From Antedon mediterranea (lineage: Eukaryota; Animalia; Echinodermata): a stretch of DNA of 64,000 nt. The stretch spans positions 13,844,871-13,908,870 of the forward strand of contig NC_092676.1 of NCBI RefSeq assembly GCF_964355755.1, given 5' to 3'. The notes under the pieces are model-generated. The model worked only from the letters and a program-made list of their open reading frames with translations, had not been told where the DNA came from and did no database searches. The translations under genes were made by a program, and so were the position numbers. Shown in pieces: positions 13,075-25,992 of this stretch (the stretch's first letter is position 1; every line of letters begins with the position of its first letter).

Positions 13075-14015
13075 TGTGTTGTTCGCCTGGTTGTGCCATG
13101 TGATGCGAATATGTTCCGTTGACATAAGTTGTATCAAAGTAGTCAAGAAAGTCCTCTAATACTGCAGGTGAATTTTCCCGTAGGTGCTGCATACCTTCTT
13201 TGACCTAGATAAAACAAAGATTATTTATGAGTAAAGTAGAATGATCAATGTTCCAGATAATTCTTAATTTGAAATCATGTAAGAGTCATTTTTATGTTTT
13301 AAAGTTATGGTGCTACAGTACGAATGAATGTTCAAATTAAATTGAAAAAAGAAATCAAATAAAGGGACATGACAACATAGCTTGTAGAACAATTAGATAG
13401 AAAAAAGTTATTAAATCAATTATTAAAGCAGTAAAATTATAAAGAAACATTATAGGCTAAATGAACAAGTAAAAAATCACCATCTTGAAATGCATAATTC
13501 TATATGAACGAAAGGTGGAAATTAAACAGATAAATATAAATAAAATATATTGTAAAGATAACATACCTTATCTGGAGGCAGGAAAGCGAGACCATCTACC
13601 ATTCCACAGAAGTGCTGGATTTGCTCGTCTTCCATGTACATTGAAGCAAGGCCGAGAGTCTGCAGCTTTCTCCATGAAGATTGTGTTAAGTGGTTTATTT
13701 ATTAAGGTTGGGTTTGGTACATAACCTAGTAGTCTACATTGATCAACAATGGCAGTAAGAAATTGTTTGTAATGTTCTTGCAATTTTGATGCAAGTAGCG
13801 CATATACAGTTGTTATCGAATTTTCTTCTAAATCAACGCCAATCACATACAATTGCTTATAGAGTTTTGGGCTGGTTTTAAATGTTCCATCCATAAACCA
13901 GGTTGTTGAATTGCATAGGTGACGCAAACCATCCGAAGTTGCAAAAACTGTGACACGGTCATTATTAACAACCATAGCATCATGGATTAGAAAGTCTCTG
14001 TCATCAACAGTTAAA
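13075..14015 (-). pseudogene. MULE (Mutator) transposase fragment with an intron
   Basis: VFATSDGLRHLCNSTTWFMDGTFKTSPKLYKQLYVI...VYALL, and LEDFLDYFDTTYVNG. Candidate intron AG/GTATGT (~13566) to CTAG (~13206). Confidence 0.85.
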
Positions 14016-15360
14016 TAACACCTACACCCAAATTGCTATTCACAATAACACAATTGAATAAAAATTGATTGTCCAGCACTCCCACTTTACAATGGTAAAG
14101 TCCATTGTTGGGTGGCTTTTTACAGTGGTGGCTTTTTTCCGATTTCCGACAAGAAATTGAGGTAACGGGACGATTCGGCCCTGGGACGATTCGGCCCTGG
14201 GACGATTCGGGCCGGGACTATTCGGCCCACTCAAATGTATTGACTTTGACAAGAATTTTAATATGTTTAAATAATGTATGTTTTTATTTCTTTAGGCCTA
14301 TTATTTATAGAGGAGAATGAGTAGTGGGCCAAGACAAGTGGATGATGGATCTTCGTAGACGTTTTCATAAGACTCCTTCACAAGTTGAATAGAAAAACGA
14401 TAACAAATATAGCAATGGGCCTAGTATTATAATTGATTAGAAATGTGTTTTGTATCAACGTTTGATTAATATTAAATTAATAAAACATTTTATTATACGG
14501 GTTTTCTGTAATGTTTTCTACCGGTTTGATGATTTATTGAATACTATAGGCCTATAGTTAATTTACTGAATTTGGAAAATGACATTTTTACATCAGTGGC
14601 ACTCAGGAATTACACAGTACCGTAACAATTAAAAAATATAAATCTCTCAATTAATGAGAGATAAGCCTACTACTGTACTATAAATTGATAGTAGAAAATA
14701 ACGATGATCAGGTTGATCGACATTGCAGTAACAATATTAAAGAGAAGACAATAATTGTTAAAACAATAATTAAAAACTCTCAATTAAAATGAAAAAGCTG
14801 GACAGTCAAAATACTGAAGACATTTTCCGATTATTATATGATGATATACTACTAATCTATAAATTGATGATAGAAAATAATGATGACCAGGTTTTATCGA
14901 TGAACACGTTCACTTACAATTGTAGGCTATAATAACACTAAATAAAAATGGGAGACCTCTGAAAACTAATTAGTATAGTGTTTGGTATGATAAACCGTCG
15001 AAATAATTATTGCAAAATAAGGCATTTATTTTAATACTGTACAGTATATTTTTTGGGTGGGGTGTTGTATTGGGTGGGCGCGGTTGAATGGTTTGACAAT
15101 TAGTATTGTTTCGAAAAGTATTAAACAGCCAATAGCACGTTCTTGTACAACTTAACAATGAAGCACACACAAAACAGTCAAGACAATACAAAAATGTAGT
15201 TGTTTTTCCGTGAGTTAAGCTGACCCACCCAAGGACAATCACCATTTTCGTATTGACTTCATTGCTGATCAAACTATAGTCACAGTTTCTCTCTAAATTG
15301 CGTGCTTTTTTATTTTAAATTCAGTGAATAAATTTTACAGTTCTTCTAGTTTTGCGACGT

Positions 15361-15703
15361 CAGTTGCGGATCCAGGGGGGGGGGGCACCCTTTTATGTGC
15401 GAGAGTACCATTTCCGGCCATCTGGTACGTCATTTAACAAAGTTCGCACCTTTTCCGCCATGTGCAAACGCTCACTCTTGCGCGAAGCCTTTAATAGGCT
15501 AGTGCTTCAGTTTTCATATTTAAAATATCAATTGTTAATACATTTATAATAACGTGAGAGTGCCATTTCCGACCATCTAGTAGAGATGTTATATTTTCAA
15601 AATCGCCTCAGCTCAGCCACAACCATGGTCGGGCTGAGTTGGTGTGGACTCTCTACAGTTGCGCCCCCCACCCCCCATTCACAAAATCCTGGATCCGCCC
15701 CTG
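15361..15703. mobile_element. hAT-like MITE
   Basis: CAG..GCGGATCCAGG / CCTGGATCCGCCCCTG termini; partial TSD (GACGT). Confidence 0.65.
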
Positions 15704-16460
15704 GACGTGACTCTTTTGGATTCAGCGGAATTGAGTCTGGGTTTTTTTTTCTCGACAATTCGTACTTTATATTTGTTTGGAGTGTATTGGTGTCTGCATT
15801 TTGACAGTGAATTAAATTAGATTACCTTCTTGGATCAGCTAAAGTATCAAGTTATAACTTCATGCAGCCTAAGGTATGGGAATATTTTTATATTACTACT
15901 ATATTACAAGTGGGTTCTATATATAATCAACTATCAGTTGGGCTGCATTATAATAAAATGAACACTAAAATTAAATATTGAAAACGTATTTTTATTTTTA
16001 AAAATTAATTAATTTCTGGATACACATACGCGAAACCCACATACGCTGGTGGCGCCCTTTCAGACGTGATTGAAAGTTTGGACCAATTAGAAGTCTTGAA
16101 ATAGAGGAAAGCGCCACCAATGTTATTTTTGATCGAAAAACTTTGTTTAATAAATAATACGAATATTCTCTCTCACTAGCATGCAGTAGTCGCAGTTAAG
16201 AGCGGCATCCTCTATCTAGAAATGTAAATTAGTACAGGAAATAATATTAAACTAAATAATATAAATAAATTCATAGCTATATAGATGTTTAACAATGTTG
16301 ATTGTACTTGTAATTAACCATCACATTTATTTTAATTTGTCAAGTTGAAGCAGACAACAGATGATGTTATATAAATGTTATAACTATTATTTACCATGCA
16401 AAAATATTATAGGCCTACCTATCTGTATTACTATTAATATAATATTTTCCTGTTTTACAG

Positions 16461-16633
16461 AACACTCGCAGCCACCCTTGTGGTGTTTGCAGCACAACCT
16501 GTGGGTTGAACTCGGTAAAGTGTGTAGGTTGTGGCACCATGCTAGGTGCGAGGTTTTGTCGCTAAAACAGCTTTCGGATTTGGGGGAAATCATGTTGGAA
16601 TATTATTGTCAGCGATGTTGCGGTCGGCCATAA
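16461..16633 (+). pseudogene. Frameshifted PHD-finger exon, probably transposon-borne
   Basis: After TTTTACAG acceptor: HPCGVCSTTCGLNSVKC / WHHARCEVLS..LSDL...YYCQRC (C4HC3-like pattern broken by an indel). Confidence 0.6.
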
Positions 16634-18145
16634 TATAACTTTGGGAACTCATTGTCTCGTATAAGGAAATCATATGAAGTTGGAATGCTACAGTCTGCTG
16701 TGTGTTCTTGACACATTGTCAGTTTTACTTTTTTGTTAGTAGCCCTTCCTAAATTTGAGTTATCTAAAACTATTTAGCCTACCTAGGTCTAGCCTAGGCC
16801 AGAAAGCCTATATAGGCCTAGCTAGCTAGTAGGTGCCTAGGCTAGTATATTTTAAACAAATAAATAATAATAAATAATTATTCGAAAATGAAACTTACAG
16901 TCAGATGGAATACTTTTTCAGTTTCTCTACTACTCTAGGTTGGCCGAGAATTCGTTTTTCATCCTCGACCTAGGCCTAGCTTAGCAAACAAAACACCAAA
17001 TTCCCCGGAAAAAACTTGGCTAAACTTACACAAAACAATACCGTTTGTAAACACGACGGTATCAGAAGAATTATTTACATATACATAATTGTTTAGTTCA
17101 AACACCTTTGAAAACTTGATAATAATATTCCAACTTGATAAAAACCGATAAAAAACTGTATAAAGGGTGGCCAATGTGAGGTTTTTCATCATGGGGGGAA
17201 TTTTCTGTTAATAGCAGGCAACCATGTAGAATATATCCCTTATGGGATGACAAAAAAGATAGGGGTGGATGCCGCTCTCAAATTTCAGGTCAAAGGTAAT
17301 TTTCAAGGTTATAAGGTCAAATATAGCTTTAAGCTGTTTTCAACAACATATAAGCTAATTAAAAGAAATGTAACCATTATTGGATCATTATTGACATATT
17401 GCTGTAGATGGTGAAGTTCATCAATTTTTCAACTTACAAGTTTAAAGGTCATTTTCAAGGTCATAAGGTCAAATAGAGGACAGACTTGTTAATTATCGGT
17501 ATTAATAATTGAAATAAATATAATTTTCATGATAGCCTGGGGCTGATTGTTATAGTGTGGTGTCAAAAAGACCAGAATTGTACTGGGAAGATTTTAAACT
17601 TTTTTAGTCACTCCTGGAAGGTGTTCAAGGAATGGAGATGATGAGTCCTAGAGTATCAAAATAACCGAAATTGGAGGCCTACTGGAATGTCTTAAATTTC
17701 ATTTAAAAACAGAGGGTTTGTGGGTTGGGAGTAATGGGCGGCATGGGCACATGCCAATATTCGAAATTTTTCTGGGATGGAAGGAGGTAACGCTCTGGGG
17801 TGGGTATTTCTTCAAGCACTGATATATAATGCCTACTGGCCATCTGGGTAACGGCAAACGATTGAATCACAACCACATATGCATGCTTTTGGTAACAAAT
17901 TCATCTGGCTCTTTAGTTTACATACACATGTAACAAGTTCCAAACTGACAACTGAGTTTTTTTTTTTATTTTAAGTGTTTCCCGAAGTAGAAATACAGTA
18001 CTTTGAAGTGAAATACTTAATATTTAAGGGAAATATTATATCACTAGTGTTAATGGTATATATAGTCACTGAGTCTAGATGGAGGTAGCACCAAAGAGTA
18101 GTCTGTTCAAGAGTACTATATATTTGGCAATATTAAACTTTAGTG

Positions 18146-21100
18146 CAGTGGCGTATCCAGTAGGGGGGGGGGGGCCCCCCCCCCCTGATTTCGTTTCCGT
18201 CGGCACATCATCGCGGCCGTCGGCAAACAAAGGTGCCGGGAAAAAAAATAAACTATTTATTCTGACAATAATTGAACTGTAAACATAATTCTTTTGAGTG
18301 TTTGTTTATTTACATATCATATCATCATTGATCCCTTCAGATCAACTATTTTTTATTTTCATTACATCTAACTAAACACGTAAAAAATGTGTAGCACGTA
18401 CGTACGGCCATACGCGGTAGATTGTTTACTCAAAAGTCTTTGACCTTACCCTAAAACCTTGTTTTTGCATGCAGTTGAGCCTCTCATGACCTGGGATTTG
18501 TATGTCTTCCTACGCTAAGAGATTATATAGTTCCACATGCCATGTGCTTTTTTGTCTAAGATATATTTATTAATTATTATAAGTGCCAAAAACCCGGGTT
18601 TTTTTTCTCGATATGAGGCCTTTATTATTCAAAATTTTTAAAGAAAAAGCACGTCATATACCATAAAAAATATCCATGTATTTCATTTTTGGAACAGAAT
18701 ATTCCTTGAGGCTCAACTACAAAACCACCATTTTGTGATATGATGTCATCGTAAGCCAATCAAAGCTGAGCTTTCTCGCGATTGGCATTGCTCACGGTTG
18801 AATGATTTAGGATTCTAGCTGATTTGATTGGTGGATGCGAATCACCCGCAGCGGAATGTTTTCTCTCGCGCGTGTACCATGGATCTCTCTGATCGTTAGT
18901 ACACAAAGTTAGAGCAATGAATTTGTCCGAATTCCGTTAAAGATGTATTGTCCCCCAAAAAATGAAAAATAAAGATGAAAAAAATCAAATTTTGAATAGA
19001 CCCTTTTGTAGTTAACATAAAGTTATTCACTTCCACCGAAAAAAAATCCGAAAAAAATATTGATTTCGCTTATAAAAAAATCAAAATAAGTTTACCATTT
19101 TTTCGAACTCATCGGCTCAGAAATTAGGCCGGTAGAGCTAACTCATACATATGCATGATATGTTAATGAGCATCCACACAGCAGAGATCTGATCTAACAA
19201 TGGACGATGCACGTTGTATGTACAACACCACCAGAGATCGACGCGACTCGACTGTGGGTTTCCCTGGCCTGATCGTATAATGTAAAGCTGAGCTGTTAAT
19301 TTGTCGGTAAGTAGGCCTAGACGGTTATTTTAAATATAATAATATATATAACGCAATAATAACAGGAAGGTAAATTAATTAACTTAGCCTGGGATTTTTT
19401 CAGTTCAGGGCTAGGCCTAGAATAATTAATACATGCTGCTGCATATTACTAGGCTAGTATTAGCAAGCAGACTGTGACAATCGGGTCCCTGCAGAATATG
19501 CCCAGCTAGGCCCTATACATTGTACTCTTCATAGACTGGCCTAGGCTATATGCCATCAATCTTAGCTACATTCCGAAAATACAGCCAGCTTGCTGTACCA
19601 TATATATTTACAGTTGAAGCTTGTTTAACTAATTTTTATGATAAAAATAAAACAAACATTTTTCAGGGAAAATGGTTGCAATACAAGCCTGAAATTGAGA
19701 ACCTTCCAGCAGCACTGTACAAGTAGACAGAGGGGAAAAGCCAGCTTAGCCATTTTACAACACAAACAAATGTTCTCTGTACTGTAGTAAGTCAAATATT
19801 TATTTTCTCTTTTTATAAGTTATAACATTATAAGTAATGTGTTTTAATTACCATAGAAAGGTAGTATACTTATTTGACTATGTCAAAGTAAGCAATTTCA
19901 CTAGCCCAATTTTGCACTAAATATGCATGATCTATTTTTTCCAGATTTTCATACTTTGCTTTTACTTTTTTTAAAGATGTTGAGCTGATGAAGACTGGAA
20001 CAGAGGTCACCCAAAGACAACAATGATAGACTCAGTATTGGAATATGATTGGATATTGCAGGAAAAATATTTCCGACTCTCCTGCTGCATTCGGCCAATA
20101 TGTTCTTGTCCAGCTTGTAAAATATTGTATAATTTTTTTTGTATTATATGTACAGTATATTATTTTGTAAACATAACATTCAATAAATAAAAAAAAACTA
20201 CTACAACAGTACACAGGATAAATTCTTCAAATTTACTTACACTTCATAATTTTACTGTAAATATTACAGTGCAAAAGGAGTTAATAAAATATATATATAC
20301 AGTATATCTTATTGAATTCCTATATTGTTTTTTGTGTCAATTTGTCTACTAATTATCAATGTGTTGATTGTGGCAGTAATTACGACAGCTATAGTCTTCT
20401 AAGATCGCTCACATCCATTACAAAGTGTCATTTTAATAGTAAGAAACGTTTCAATAAATTGTGAATGTTGCCACTGTACGATACATTTTATGTTTCTCAC
20501 TACTTGCTCTTATTGTTCAATCAATCAACCTAAAAAAAAAAGAAATTTGTGTCAAAATATCTGCATAAAATGTTTATTTGCGGAATGTTAATTTGAACCT
20601 ATTGCATTTGATACAGAAAATATTTTTAAAATATTGCATCAGTAAAACATCCAAAACAATATTTAGATTTTCTTCTTTTTTTTAATTTTCACTGCCGAAT
20701 AGATAGTTGAAATCTTTAAAAATTAAACCAATTCATTATGATAGAAGCAAAAATACATCTCTTCTGGTGGTGGTCTACTGTAGCCCTAGCTAGCAGTGTA
20801 CTGCCTAGGCCTACTACACTCTACTTCTAGAGACAGAAGTAGGCAGCAGTTAGGCTACTCGAGACTGTCAGTGCTAGTAGTAGTAGTAGACTAGTAGTAG
20901 TACAGTAGCAGCAAATTCGGGCCTAGGCCTTGCTAGGCCTCTCCTGTTAGCGAAACAAAAACTCACCTAAATGAATAACATTCAACATCAAAGTTACCAA
21001 CTGTAATTCTAACTTAGCATTCTGCTAGCTATAGTTTTCGTGTTTTCTTCAAGATTCGTCTCGCATCACTACTCGACTCTCTCGCACGCATGCATTGCTA

Positions 21101-21867
21101 TCGTTGTTGGCTGTTGATTTGGAAAGCATCATCATCCACATGATGTATCCATACAATATGAATATTTATGAGCTAACTCAGGTCAAGGGTTAAATTAAAC
21201 CGGAACACATTTGTCTTCCAGACAAATAGCTTCCGGTTGGTTAATTTTTGCATTAAATTGCGATTTTCCCGTGTAAAAAATTATTTTTTTCAATCCAAAT
21301 TGAGGTCAAAGTGAATAACTTTTATGTGCAATTAAAATGGCAAATTCAACAAAAATATTGAAAAAAATTTTTTTTTCAGGGGGACAATACATCTTTAAGT
21401 AAACAACTTTATATATTTTATAAGCATTTAATAACATGTTTTATTGATATTTCCAATGGTGATATATAAAATAAATTACTAAAAAACGTAATTATATGTA
21501 ATTATTTTAACCAAAAATGGCGTAGTTAATAGAATTGTCGACCGAGGCCGCAAATTGTTTTACTTCTTTCGTGGCTAAAAACGATCATTTTCGGCGATGT
21601 TTTAGACCCTATATTTCGAAAACTACAAATCAGATTTACCTAATTCTTTCTTTATTGTAATATGAATACAACATACTAACATATAATGTTGGTTTGGTTT
21701 TAATTTTGCATCGTTATCCCATATAAGACAATATGACTATGTAATCCTAGAACATATTGATCAGAGACGTCGTGTATGTACAGATAATGACACCAATTTT
21801 GTCGGCAAATTGGCAATTCCCGGCCCCCCCCCCCCCCCCCAACTTCAAAATCCTGGATACGCCACTG
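18146..21867 (-). mobile_element. Non-autonomous hAT element, copy 2 (inverted)
   Basis: Same TIRs as 2510-3702; perfect 8-bp TSD CTTTAGTG; long internal identity. Confidence 0.92.
18941..21394. mobile_element. Kolobok-like non-autonomous transposon
   Basis: 16-bp TIR AGATGTATTGTCCCCC; TTAA TSD; empty TTAA site visible in hAT copy 1 (~3034). Confidence 0.88.
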
Positions 21868-22959
21868 CTTTAGTGTACACTGTACGTGGAAAGTCTTAAT
21901 CTTAATCAATTCCATTTACAAGGAGTGGATGCGTTAGAAATGGTTTCCAGTATGACCTCTTCCCATAACCAGCAAATAATGACGTGCTGCAACCCGTAAT
22001 GGCATGGAAGCTGGTTAGATTATTCTTAATAGGTTTTCAACCACTTTATTGTTCACTATACCAGACATCGTCCATACTTTTGTAGGCTACTGTTACAAAG
22101 TGCATATCATTAATTAACATCAACTTTCATGTATAATTGCAATCTCTTTGTTATTGACATAAAGAATGTCTAAAAATTTGTGATATTTGTTCTCCAAACC
22201 GATGAGTGTGGCCCAAAACACATACGGAAGTACAGATTAGTACATTGGGACTATCCTTTCAATCGTGTCACTGGTTTTATCCACCCCTTTCCAATGTAAT
22301 GATCAAATACAACAAAATGATGAAATATCTAGGTAACTTGCATAAATACTTGCATAGTCACCAAATGTTTACAGCCATGTTTACTGAATCCTATAGTGCA
22401 TGACCATCATTTCTTCTGGAACATCTGTGGGTATTTCAACGCCATCCATCAAGATATGTGAAGTCATATTTGGTTAAAGATATTAAAATTGGGCTATGAT
22501 CATACTCCAATGGTTGATCAGCAGATTTTCTGTCAGTTTTTATATACTTTATCGAAACAGTTGCCTTATAGAAATCCGCAAAGGTTTAGAGCGATGCTTT
22601 TTCAGTGGCACATGAAGTTTTAGGTTCTACTGTTTTTTTTCTTTCAATAAGATCTTCCTTATCATCTGTCAGGTCGAAAGAATATTGTGTATTATGTGTG
22701 ATTCGTGATCAGTCTGACCATGTCATGCAGAACCTATCAATGAATTACAGCGTTTCTTGTTATACCAATGATTCTATTTTGAATTGATCAATCATCCACT
22801 CAGTGTTTAGAATATTTGGTTCTGATAGTTTAGATAGGTAAACTTGTTTACCCTTTTAACCTCATTTCTACAACGAATCCAATCTGTTTTTAAATGTGTT
22901 GGTGGTTTCAGAAATGACGACTTCGGTTGGCAAACTATTCAAATATATAATTATTAATT

Positions 22960-23240
22960 GTGAAAAAGTGGATCTCCTATCAGTCCTTTGTGAAATTTAG
23001 GTTTAAAAAGTCTAAGCTGATGTTCTCGTGTATTTCTGCTTAGATTGCATCTCATTTGAAGGAAGTCTTCCTTGGCTACACCCTCGAAATCTTTTGAAAA
23101 TTTTCAATCAAGTCACCACGAATTCGTCTGTCATACAGGGTTGTTAGGCCAAGAAACTTTAAACAATCTTCATATGAATAAGAATGGATAGCTGGAATTT
23201 GATTTGTCGCATGACGTTGTCCTCTTCAAGTGCGTTTATG
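22960..23240 (-). mobile_element. CR1 LINE 3' fragment
   Basis: QRHAT.QIPAIHSYSYEDCLKFLGLTTLYDRRIRGDLIE motif. Confidence 0.7.
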
Positions 23241-24420
23241 TCTCTTTGGAGAAATGGATTTCATACCTGGACACAGTACGTAACGTAATGTTTGTAAATA
23301 ACGTTAAAACCGTCTTTATATGTATTTATGTGTATAAAGGACTTAATTACTTAAGGAGTTTTATATTTGTTATCACCGTCAGCCATGATAGCATAGATGC
23401 GAAGGCCTCAAGAAGAAGTCCCCAATTACCACTCCTTCCAACCTTGATAATGTCCAATAGTTAGGGTTTTTGAAAACAAAGACTCGATACCCAGGTTTCT
23501 CTTTCGAGATTTCTTGAAACAACAAACTTCAATAAAAACTTGTATCATTGAAATAATGAAAAAAATGTTTAAATAATTACATTATAGGGGGTCTCTGACC
23601 CAAACAAAAACATCTTGACATTAGGTCATATAGGGGGTCTCTGTTTTCGAAATTTTTCTAAAAAAAATTTCTAAATATTATTACATTATTATAGGTAATG
23701 TTAATATTTTTTCTAAAAACAAATTTCTAAATATTACTGTATTACATTATTATAGGTAATATTAATAATATTATAGTAAAAGACCAATCTTTTGGTACAT
23801 ATGGCGTTTCATACATATATAACACTTGACCTATTTTTTCCGACAAAAATCAAAACGATGACTGGTGGACAACATAAAAAAGACAAATTTACAACAGACT
23901 GGGAACAGCCTATTAAAAAACTGTGTGTACTTTACAGAAATATGTGAAAACAACATTTTGAGAAAATGACACTTTTATATTTAATTTCCTATGTTTTTAT
24001 GTGTAAACTTAAATGTTTATCTCATAATTACTATAATATGAAGCATCAGTTGATCTTCAGATATACTTTTTTGGATAGATCTGATGATATAGATGATTTT
24101 CCGTGAATAAAAAAAAATCCTATATTTTGACCTTGTTTGACCTCTTGACCACATAAACTGACCTTAAAACCCAAAACTGAAGATGGCACCCACTCTATCG
24201 TTTTTGTCACCCCACAAAGGATACATTCAACATGGTTGCCTGCTATTAACAAAAATGCCCCCCAAAACTTTTTATAGAGGACTTTTGTGTATTTGGCCTC
24301 TCTACTATAATTAACAATCGTTGGGTTTGTCTAAATGTGGGACGATTCGTGGGACGTCCCACTAAAAGTGGGCCGAATTGTCCTGAGCCGAATCGTCTCA
24401 GGGCCGAAACGTCCCTGAAT

Positions 24421-25992
24421 TGACAATTGACAACAAACTGAACTGGAAGCGTCACATTAATACAATTTCCAACACAATCTCTCGATCTATAGGTATAAAT
24501 AAACAAACTCAAATTCACTTTCCCACAAAACATTTTACTTTCCCTTTATAATACCCTTATCCTGCCACATCTTAATTATTGCAACATTACTTGGGCTTTC
24601 ACACATTCTAAACACCTAACACTTTGTCCATGGACTAGCACAGAAACAACAAGACTTGACAAACTTTTTAAATTACAAAAAAAGTCGATCCGCATCTGTA
24701 CCCATTCCCAACACCTCACTCATTCCAAACCATGGAGTAACTCCATGTTCCAAACCCCTTTTCTACAAAGTAAAAACTCTTAAAGCCCCATTCCCTACGT
24801 TTTTTAGATCTAATTTAAGATCACAAACTATATTTAATGTAAAAATAATACTATATGGTCCTATTGCGATAACTTTTTTCGTCTTTAAACGGTTAAAAAT
24901 GTGAAAAATAAATCGATTTTAATAATTATAGCGGCCCGCTATAAATCCCAAAATGCATTGCGCGCGGATTGATATTTTTGTTTTTCACCTGTAATTCGCC
25001 CACTTTTCGATCGATCGTGAAGCCAAAACAAATGGAAGACTCCTAACTTTTCAGCGAAAATACCGGGTGTTCCCCAATTTGTATCAACGGAGTCTGGCAA
25101 AAATAGAAAGACAATTAATGCAGCAACTATACAACGTCAGGCTAGGTATATAGCTAGCGTACGATGTTCGTACGTTACCGATGTTAACCAGCTAGGCCTA
25201 CAAAACTAAGCCTAGAACGTACATTTAAGACAAGGAATGACATGGTTTAATGTTTTGAAAGTGATATACTGTATATGTATTATTTTCCAAAAAACGTCCA
25301 AAATTGCAGGGAAGGGGTCTTTAACATCTTCGACATAAATAAATTACAGACTGCTTTATTCATGCACAAATTTAATAATCAAAAACTTCCTATAACCGAT
25401 TCTTTACAAAAAACAACGATGTTCACAATTATAACACCCGCAACTCAAATAAATATATCCCAATCAATAACCATTCCACAGCAAGAAACTCAATTAAATC
25501 CACTGGCCCTATTTTATGGAATTCTTTTCACACCTCCCTAACTAACCGCTCTTTCGAATCCTTCAAGTTTAGCTACAAATCATCGTTGGTATCAAAGTAT
25601 TCAATCGATCTCCCCTAAGAATTCAGTCGTTATCCTCTAACCCAGTTTTTTAACTCTTGTCCAGCTTCTTCGTCCCTTCTGTCCTCGTTCTATCACGTGT
25701 TTTTGTCATGTGTCTTGTTGTGCTTGTGTATGTAGCTTAAATTTTTTATTATTTTTTCTTTATTCTTGTTATTTATTTATTCATATCTTATTTTTATTTA
25801 TTTATTGACTACTTTTGAAACATTTATTATATATACTTTTTGAATTATTTTTTTCTGTTGGAACTATCCTTAAAGCCCTCTGGGCTTATTTATGTTTCTC
25901 CAGCATAAGTGCATTCTAATTTAAAAAAAAAAAAACACTGTAATATTAGTTCACAATGATGTATCTTATGAAAATAAATTGAATTGAATAAA
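24421..25992 (+). mobile_element. CR1/Crack LINE 3' part (possibly the same element as 7251-13070)
   Basis: IDNKLNWKRHINTI..LLSLYNTLILPHLNYCNITW..SKPLFYKVKTLNIFDINKLQ, 3' UTR, AATAAA(TTGAA)n tail. Confidence 0.8.
24784..25320. mobile_element. Kolobok-like MITE
   Basis: TTAA TSD, imperfect TIR AGCCCCATTCCCT / AGGGAAGGGGTCT; removal restores the LINE frame VKTLNIFDI. Related split copy at ~44740-45010 and ~50035-50126. Confidence 0.8.

Larger units (their letters stand above)
17165..24304 (-). mobile_element. TIR element carrying a degenerate PIN/H3TH-like + CXC gene
   Basis: Inverted ~90-140 bp termini (17193-17330 vs 24120-24263). Internal minus-strand remnants DGHAL..FGDYA..VVFDHY (~22300-22410), FHAITGC.STSLFAGYGK (~21960-22015), VLPPS (~18080), LELVTC (~17930). 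Confidence 0.65.
14161..24420. mobile_element. Probable MULE-type element termini enclosing ~10 kb of nested insertions
   Basis: Left (GGGACGATTCGGCCCT)n at 14167-14232; inverted GTGGGCCGAATTGTCC..CCGAATCGTC..GGGCCGAAACGTCCC at 24367-24415. No TSD found. Confidence 0.55.

Noticed and set aside
14167-14232. CRISPR-like short repeats
   Set aside because: 16-bp units are contiguous with no spacers; typical transposon subterminal repeats in a eukaryotic context.
16200-17277. Apparent Sola3-like element (GAGCGGCATCC IR, TTAA)
   Set aside because: The right 'terminus' is internal to a longer repeat that continues in the paralog at 24120-24263, and the TSD does not match.
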